From NCBI GenBank assembly GCA_963662715.1, contig OY759724.1, forward strand, positions 1,200,001 to 1,232,000: a stretch of DNA of 32,000 bases. Direction: 5' to 3'. Below are positions 21,001-30,000 of the stretch, one piece after another. The position numbers were made by a program, and so were the translations under genes. This stretch comes from Candidatus Omnitrophota bacterium (GTDB lineage: Bacteria; Omnitrophota; Gorgyraeia; Zapsychrales; JANLHA01). Every line of letters begins with the position of its first letter. Position 1 is the stretch's first letter. The notes under the pieces were generated by a model. It ran no database searches and had not been told where the DNA came from. It saw only the letters and a program-made list of their open reading frames with translations.

Positions 21001-24000
21001 CGGGCAACGACCTCTTGATCTCATCAAACACACCTTCGGCAAAGAACGGCTCATTCAAAGTGATGACGTTGAATTGATGCCGCAATTCTTTCTCAAAACC
21101 GGCCTCTTGAGCTGACAGGCCATAAAATTCCGCCTCTCCCTCGTCCGGACTGGTCAACGGGTCAATGCCGGTCACTCTCTTCAACAGCTCCATAGCTTTG
21201 CTGCTGGCGGCTATGGTATTGGCAAACGCATTATCACCCGCTCCGATATCAAGGAGGGCGGCATCTTTTCCAACATATTGTTCGATCAACCTTAAGAACG
21301 TTGTGTCTCCTTGGGTCCACTCTTCGCCGCTTAACCGGGCCTCAGCAAGAACCCCTTGCATCCTCTGATCAAAACTTGCGTTCCCTGAGGAGCGGTTGAG
21401 CATCGGAGAACTGACAGCGCCCGTTTGAGTTTCACTAGAAGCAATAGAATCGTCTCCTGAAGCAATTTTTGCTTCAATTGTCCGGGTCATCGTTTCAACA
21501 AAATATTCATTCATATCCAACGGAGTTGAGCTCATCAACGTGGAAGCGCCGACGCTGCTCTTGACAACTGACTTGATACTGCTGCTGACGGTATCGGCTT
21601 CTTTGCTTGCCAGGTAAGCCGCATATTCTTCGGCGCTTAACGGCGCAGAGCTCATTAACGTGGAAGCGCCGACGGTACTCTTCGCTGCTTCCTTGATACT
21701 GCTGCTGACGGTATCGGCTTCTTTGCTCGCCAGGTAAGCCGCATATTCTTCGGCGCTTAATGGCGAAGAGCTCATTAACGTGGAAGCGCCAACCGATGTT
21801 TTTCTCTCAACCGGCTGAACCTGGACTTCATCAATCAATCGTAAGCTGCTTCCCTGGGCCACCCGGGCAGCCGGGGTAACAACCTTGGTGTAGACATGGC
21901 TCAGAGCCCCGAACGCTCTCATAAGGAACCTCACCAGGAAGTCCAACAAGAACCTCAACAGCATGGCCATTCTCTTCATCAGGGATGCCATGGTGATATA
22001 AATCACTTCCTTTTGCTCAACTGTTTCATCGACAGCCGGGAAGACCAGGCTTATCTCGGCATTATCCCGAACCGCGTCTTTTCTGCCCGGGACAATGATC
22101 AGGGCTTTCTGCCAGGCAGCAAGGCCTTCATAGGCACGGCGGCCGGCTGAGAGAAGACCGGTTTCCACCACGTGGCTCTGATGAGAAGAAACCGGCGAAG
22201 AAACTTCTTCCAGGACCGGGGAAGAAGAAGCCTTAGGAGCAACCTTGTAAGGTGTGAGCGTCCAGATAACAGCATTAATTCTTTCCTCATTACCATAAAC
22301 TAATTTCAGCAATTCTTTTTCTTCATCCGTGAAGCTGATCTTTCCGGCTAATTCTTTGATTAGAGCATCCCTTTTCTTTGCGCTGGTTTCGGCGGCCGTC
22401 GCAATAATTTCCTCTAAATCCTGGGCCAAGGCAGCTGAATTCTCTTTGATCTTCTTCTCAATCAAGGCAAGCGCCTCTTCCTTCTTGGCTGCCAGGAAGG
22501 CTTCTGTCAGAGCCTTCTCCAACATCTTTTTGGCCTCCTCTTCATCATTACCGTTTAGATCCTCTAAGGCAGTTCTCAATTCTGCGCTTAAGCGGTTCTG
22601 CCAGATATCGTCCTTCTTTTCCGCGATATCTGATTGATTCTCAATCTTCGCTTTTCTCAACAATTCATCCGCATCCAATAATTTCTCTACGGCTTTCTCC
22701 TGCTCATCTTTATTCTGCTTCTCCATTTCCCCGTACAATGCTTGTCTGGCCTTAGCTCTGTCATTATCGCGGGTATCTTCCAAAGCTGCCCGGAAGGTCT
22801 TCGGAGATTTATACCAGACATCCTCTGTGACTACGTCCGTGACACCGCCCTTGGCTTTCCGGACTCCACGGAATTTATCCAAAAGACGCTTTAATAATTT
22901 CTCCGCCATCTTTTTCAACCCTGTTTTCTTGTTGTCCAGAACTGTTTTCTGTTGATCCTTTTGGGCTTTATCAATGTCAGCAAACAGCTTTTCTTTGAAT
23001 TTATCCACATTGTTTTCACTCACATCCAGCAGGGCCTGTCTCAGTTCACGATCCAAATCAAAGACTTCCAACACTGTCCTGCTGACAAATTCTTTCTTAA
23101 GCTGGGAAATTTTGTCTCCTTTTTCCGTCTTTGCTATTCTTGCCCGGGTTTCGCGCAGAGCTTCAACAACCTCCGGATTTCGGCTGATGGCTTTGATATA
23201 TCCGTCATAGTTCTTATCTTCTATGACCTTTTGAGCAGCCTCTTCGGCTTTCTTCTTAATCTGCCCGAAGAGTTTTTCTGCGGCCTTCTGGTGAGTTACG
23301 TTGCTCAACTCTCTACGAACCTGGGATAACAGTATCTCCGAAATGCTCTCGACATATGAATCCGAACTGACAAACAGTCTGTCAACGCTTTTCAGTAATG
23401 CATCTTCCATGCAACCGTCCTTGGCCTTTTCAAAAATCCCTTCTATTTCTGCCAACAATTTATATTCTTCAGAATCTCTGTCAACGGAATCAAAGGCCTT
23501 TCGGATAACAGCAATAAATTCATCCGCTGTCGTTCTGGCTTCCATGTATTCGAGTAGTATCGTAATATTACTGAATAACTGTTCTTTAACCGTGCCGGCA
23601 TAAATCGGCCCAAATTTAATTCTAATCTGCCTTAACCATTCTTCTCTCTTATTGGTTTCTAAGACTTCTTTATATTTGCTTACTAAGGCTTCTTGGGAAG
23701 CGTCCGGGCCTAAAGCTCTTAATGCGTTCTTCACCCTCTGGAACAAGACATCATGTGATTTCAGCTCCAGTCCGGTTAAAGACATATACAACTGAACTAA
23801 CTTTCTGAAGTCTACGCTTGATTCCGAACTCATCAGCATATTGATAAATCTTCTCTGTTCCGTCCCGTCTTTTTTCAATTCAATCTGCCTGAAGGCGTTT
23901 ACAGCGGCCGGGTTCTTCAAAACCTGACCGGCCACATATCCGGTGTCGCTGGCCTGGGCAAACATCATTTCGAACAGGAACTCCTGGGCTCTTTCTGCAT

Positions 24001-27000
24001 AAACATTAGTCTCCTCCTTAATCTCGGCATCTTTTTCATCCCCGCCCTTTAATATCACCAGGGCCTTTCTCAGGTCTTCACTTAACAACTCTTCTCTTTT
24101 CCAAACAAAATTATTAATAAATTCAAGGCGTCGCGATTCCTTTTCGTCTTCTTCCTCGGTAGCGCTGATCTTTTCCACGGCTTGCTGGAACAATTTAATT
24201 GTTTGCTTCAAAATATGATCCACGGCTTCGCTTAAATTATCCTCAATAAATTTCTCGCTGGACACCTGATCAGTAACATTTTTCCCTAAATCACCGCGGA
24301 TCTCTTCAGCCCGCTTGACTTTTTCCTTGGTCCCGGTGAACAAGCCGCTAAAGAAAGATCCGGCAAAAATACCTGCGCCGGCAAAAGCGAATAAACCGAG
24401 GAAGCCGGACGGAAGGAGAGGCAACAGGAACGAACTGATCAGCCACATGCTCACTCCGGCTCCTGCGAACCAGCCGAAGACCTTGACCTTAGGATTATCT
24501 AATCCGCGTCCTGAACCCGAGCCTCCTTTACCGCCGTTCTGAGGATTATCTGATCCTTGTCCCTGGCTTGAGCCCGAGTCTCCGTTATCGTTGTTCTGAG
24601 GAGCCGGCCCGCGGGTATCGTCTCCCGGGAACATCTTTCTTAACTGTCCGCCGATCCAACGCGGCACGTTGACAATCAAGCCCAGGATCAGGCCAAGGAC
24701 CGTCAGTGTCGACATGACCAGAGTTCCTGTCATGTAGAGATTCATATGATCTCTTAAGTCCTGAAGCTTGAACTTGTTCGTCTTCATAAGCGGATAAACG
24801 ATGATATAAAGCATCAGCGGGATATACGGGTAACCGCCCATAAGCAGGGATAGGCCGACGATAACTGCGGTGGTTAAGGCCCATTTCTTGAATCCGATCT
24901 TCTTGAAGAACTGCGGATAATGGGCTGTGAAGTGAACCTTGGCCCAGGTCTTGAATCCGACTGTTGTCGGAGTTGAACCCGGATTCAGGAGGAACGGCGC
25001 AAACATCGAAGCAAAGGCCATCAAGCTCGGGAACAGCGACCATATGGAACCAGGATTCATCCAGAGGATCGTACCGCTGATGACAAAGAGGATGCTCGGG
25101 ATGACCCAGCCGTAGCCTAATAAGTTCACCTGTGCGTACAAGTCGCCCTGAGTAAATAATTTTTTCGAATCAAAGCCCTTCGTCGGTTTAAACGGTACGA
25201 CAGTGTCGCGGCCTGGCCGACGTCCGGTAGCGATATAATCCGCCCGGTTCACCAAGGCCTTCTTCACACCGACCGAGAACGCGTTATAAACCAGGGACAT
25301 GTAGGTGATCGCCAGAAGCGGGAACAGTTTCAGGAACTTCACTGTACCGCGGACCAGACCTTTCTCCAGAACTGTCTGCAGATAACCGGATGAGGTGATG
25401 GCCTGCGATAAGAAGAAGCCGACCAAACCGAAGATAAGCTCGCTCGGGAACCCGGCAAACAAGCTCATACCGAACAATACGATGGTTAACAGGTATGTGG
25501 TATTGGAAATCACGACAAAAGGCTTGCGCAAGAAGTAGCCGATCGAAGCGACGAAGTGGCCCAGGGAGCGGCTGAAGCCGACGACCTTGGATTTGTTGTG
25601 CTGCCGCAGCATATGACCAATGGCCTGTTCAGCGGCACCAGCCCCGAATTTCTCGGAAATACCGACCAAACCAACGTAGACCGCTTCACGGCCTTTACCG
25701 GCCTGCATCAATTCCGTGTTCGACACTCTTTCACCCATGAGCGTGGCTTTGTAGGCGCCGAAGATATCTTCATTGACCCACGGAGCGCTGAAGAGACCTA
25801 ATTGTCTGAACGATCTGCCCCGGACAAAGTCAGGGTGACCGTAATGGTAGCGGATGCCCATGAAGTTCAGCACTCTCTGGACCATGGTAACGAACGTATG
25901 GTCACCGAAAGCGTGCACCGCACCGGCCGGAGAGAATTCGTCAGTAAAGATATCTTCCGGAACACCGACGATCGCGACCTGATCATCCCGGCGGAACTGT
26001 TCCATGACGTTCGGAGCCTTAAAGGTTTCTTCAAGGTAAAGATCCTGGTTCATGTCCATGACCATGACGATCTGGCCGCGGGTGAAGCGCAGGATATTAT
26101 TCTGGTTCATCGGTTTACCCTGACCGGCAAACGGATGGCTGTGCAGGCGGATCGGGTTGAGGCGGACCACGCGGCCGATGGTGTTGCCGTCCCGCTCAAA
26201 TTTATGCATAACATCCTCACCGTCCTGTACTTCTCCTGCGCGGTACTCAACCAAGGCACCGGCAAAACCGTTGATCCTATTGTCCGGATTGTGCAGGTAA
26301 GCCATTCTCATGGACGGGTATTTCTTCAGGAGCAAGTGAATATCCTGTATCAATAAATGGGCTTTAGCACTGTCTTCTTGCAGCAAGTCACCGTAAGGCT
26401 GGTCACCGGCGACAAACTCAAACTTCTCGTCAACTTTTGCGAGGATCTTTGCTTTGTAATCATATGCGTTATGGAGTTTCTCCTGTTGGCCTTCCAGTTC
26501 CTTTCTCAATTTTTCAAGTCCGGCGCGGCGCTCAGCCTTGGCTTCCTCATCTTCCGCAGCCTCTAATTCCTCTTCTGCCGTGGCGATCTTTTCATATTGA
26601 CTGAATATGTCATTTAGGACTTCTGTTAAGGCAGCCACAGCCTCTATTTCAGCTTTAAGAGCTTCTATTTTCTCCTTCTGCTCTTCAATCTGCTGTTCTA
26701 CAGCGGCGATCTGGATATTTAACAGCTGCTTTTCTTGCGACTCGCTGTCTTTCTTCGCGTTCATCTTTGCTATTAACTCTTTCAATCCGTCTTCCTGTTC
26801 TTCCAGGATTAATTTTTCATGGCCCATTTCCGCTTCGGCTTTCGCTTTCCGGCTCTCCTGGTCTGCCAGCAGCAAGCCTTCCAGAGTCGGGAAGTTGACC
26901 TTGGCCAAGAATTCATACATTTCTCTGTAGCGCATAATACCGCGGACCGAACGGGACAGCGGCTGGTAGCGGTAAGACACCCATAACCGGACTTCAAACT

Positions 27001-30000
27001 GCATATCTTCATCGTTGATATCGAGTTTCTGGCCGTAAGTCAATTGGTCCATGTTCTTGATATCATGCATCTTCCTCTCAAATTCCTGCTTCGAGATATT
27101 TTTAGCCGCATAATCGGCTTTCACTTCATTTTCCATTCTCTGAACAAAATTCTTCCATTCGTGCGGGGCTTTGCTGATGATATACGTCAAGAAAGTGGCA
27201 TTGGTCAGATATCTTTCGTTGATGGCATCATATTCATCAAATGTCTTGTCGCTGAACGGATACACAATGGTTTCAAACAGGAACGGCAGGGCCACACTCA
27301 TGGTATACATTTTCTCCCAGATCGGAGTCTGATCCATATCCATGAACAAGCTGGAGAGGAAGTATTTGATACGGGCCTGCACCCTTTCCGTTTCCGGAAC
27401 GGCTGAGAAGTCAGGCCGTCCTGTAACCTCACCCGTTAAGAAGTTATATTTTTCTTTGTGTTTTATGTCGTACCGCAATTTATCGGCTTGGTCGTCACTG
27501 AGTAAATCATCCTCTCTCAGGGCATTGATGATCATGTTCCAGGCCTCGGCCCAGGCAATCGTCTTCTGTTCGTCTGTCAGATCCACACGGGACATCACCC
27601 AGGTATCCTTGCCCTCTTCATCTTTAACCTTCCTGGCGCTGACGTGGGAGGCCGGCAAGTTCTTGTTCTTGAACTCTTCGGCGGCGCTTTCCAGGATATC
27701 ATCAACCGAATCTCCGCCGATCTTCTCCAAGCCGTAATGAGCTAAGATCACGTTCAGGAGCTTTAAGGCAAGCATTCCGCCCAGGATGATGCCCAAAGCC
27801 GGCCAGCTGATGAATCCGAGCGCGGCCGTCGGCCAGAGGAGTTTAACGGCTGTGAACCCGGCCAGAACATAAAAGGCTTTCGGAACATAATCTTTTAAGG
27901 TTTCTGTGAGGGCGGCTCCGACTTTGCCCGTGATGCTGTCTTTTGCCTTGACCTTGCCTTTGATGCCGGACCAGGTGAGCACGCGGTTGTTACCGTTCCA
28001 TTTGGCGATGATGTAGCCGAGCGCGCTTTCAATGAGGTAGAAGTAAGCGAAGATATCCAGCAAGAAGATCATGAAGAACACGGAGAAGGCCCCGGCCAGG
28101 AGAATGACATTCCCGAACGGCAGGACAGCGGTTCCCAAGCCCGGCAGCATCCAGGAGCTCTTGAACACAATACTGAGCGGCACAGCGAGCCATTTCCAGA
28201 TATACAGGTTGAAGACAAACTTGGCGAGGAAGGACAAGCCCATGACGATACCGGCACGGATCTTTCTTCCGGTGTTTCCGTGCAGTTTCTTCGGATTAAT
28301 TCCGGCATCCAGCGGCTGGATATCCCACTCATCATGATCCAGGGTCTTCTTCTGCGAATAAATCTTATCGATCTTCTTGATACCGAAGTACACCAAGATT
28401 GCCAGTCCGACAACGATGCCTACACCCGTCAGCCAGGACACTAAGGAGGCGCCGGCCAGGGCCGGGACCTTCCAGACCCCGCTCCAAATCAGACCGTAAG
28501 AGGAGGCAACGATCGTGCCGAGCAGGGTGGCAATGATCTTGTTGAAGTTGATGACGATCTTGAACCAGCCCAGGAGACCGAACTTGCTGGTCTGCACATC
28601 CGGATAAACTTTCCTGATATAGTCGTTGACGCAGATGGCCTTGGCCCCTGGCCCTGCCGGCAACTTATTGACATTAGCCGTGCGCATAAATTCAAAGGCT
28701 TCCTCAACATTTCTGTCAGCTGTCTTGTCCTTCTTTACATCCCTATAAATTCCAACAATATCCTTTCTCACCTGCTCTTCGATCAGGTCGCGTCCGGTCT
28801 GGCCGTTTTCATCCGGCGTCTCATACCAGGTAATGAACTTCGGTGAACGGAAGTACATTTCAACTTCGTCGTGCTGAATGACATCGGCGTTAGTGCGACC
28901 GCCCTTGGCTTTAGCGACTCTCTGGTGCAGGGACAGGATGACAGACCAGAGCCGGGCCTCCTGCTTCTCAATGACCTCGCCGATCTTCTTTTGACCGTAG
29001 CGTCTGAGTCTCAAGGCTTTATAGAATCGGTAGAAATCAACGGCAGATGTGACGTGCGCTGTCTTATCAGATGCCAAATTCACGAGATAGTAGAGATACA
29101 TTTCTTCAAGACCGAAGTGATTGTCGATCTGGTCGAGTTCATACTTCAGGACTTCTGCATCAAGCGCTTTGCCCATGATCCTCTCGAACCAGTCCCGGTA
29201 GCGCTTGAAGAATTCCTTGATAAACTCTTCTTCGGAAACACCGCTGTACAGGTCATTCTTCATTTCGCTGGTCAGCATGGTCTTGGCCATCAGGGCCACA
29301 GATTCCTGGAAGCCGTAAGCCGGCAGGTATTTGATCTTCGCCAGGATTTCTTCAATATTCTTAATACCCTTCCGGTCCAGTTTCACTTCTTCCGATTGAG
29401 GTGCAGGCTTCTTGTCCTTCTTCAGCCCTTTCTTCCGTAATATCTGGCTGATCCAGGCAACGATCTTTCCGATGATCAAGATACCCAAGAGGTAGGCTCC
29501 GCCCAAGCCGCCGACGACCTTCCATGACCGGCCTTCTTCAAGCCATTTCTGGAACAGTTTCGGACGGGCCTTATCGATCAGGTCATCATCGTTATAGGTA
29601 TATTCCTGTTCATAAATCTGTCCTGGAGATTCATCGTCTTTGACCAACCGGTAATTTTCCGGTTTGAACTGGCCGGGAGCCACGCCTTCGGCTTCGTCAA
29701 CCAGAATGCGTGTTCCCTGCAGGTAGGTCTGCTGACCTTCGGACTGGCCGTTTTCAGATTCTTCATCCTGAACAGCAAAGAATTCCAGGTCGCGGTAAAC
29801 CTTGATCACATGGCCTTCATCGGTAATGGCGGCCCACGGTTTTCTGTATGGAGACTGCGTATCATAAAGAACCGTCTCTTCACCCTTTGTGGCCACCCCG
29901 AGCATCTGCAGCATGATCTGCATGGTCACATGAGCATAATTTTCGGTCAACAACTGTCCGGCCGGTGTATAAACGATTTCACGCTGGAACGGAGCGTCCA

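Noticed and set aside
21527-21800. CRISPR array or non-coding satellite
   Set aside because: The period is 120 bp with no unique spacers. The units are in frame and encode a conserved 40-aa peptide also found, in diverged form, at 14783-14935.
1286-22228. SSSPV junction as a DNA-level site (for example a recombination or restriction-like site around agcccggt)
   Set aside because: Several copies share tcc-agc-ccg-gt, but others use entirely different Ser codons (tct tca, agt tct, tca agt, tct tcg) and Ile/Leu/Met instead of Val. The common denominator is the peptide. A recombination-scar origin is not fully excluded and is kept as a minor hypothesis.
24585-25043. 152-aa minus-strand ORF in another phase, and the other listed minus-strand ORFs
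   Set aside because: All listed minus-strand ORFs have low coordinates congruent to 0 or 1 mod 3, so they are off-phase relative to the motif-bearing frame. This one overlaps the GT48 C-terminal TM cluster, including ADYIATGRR nearby, and has non-protein-like composition.
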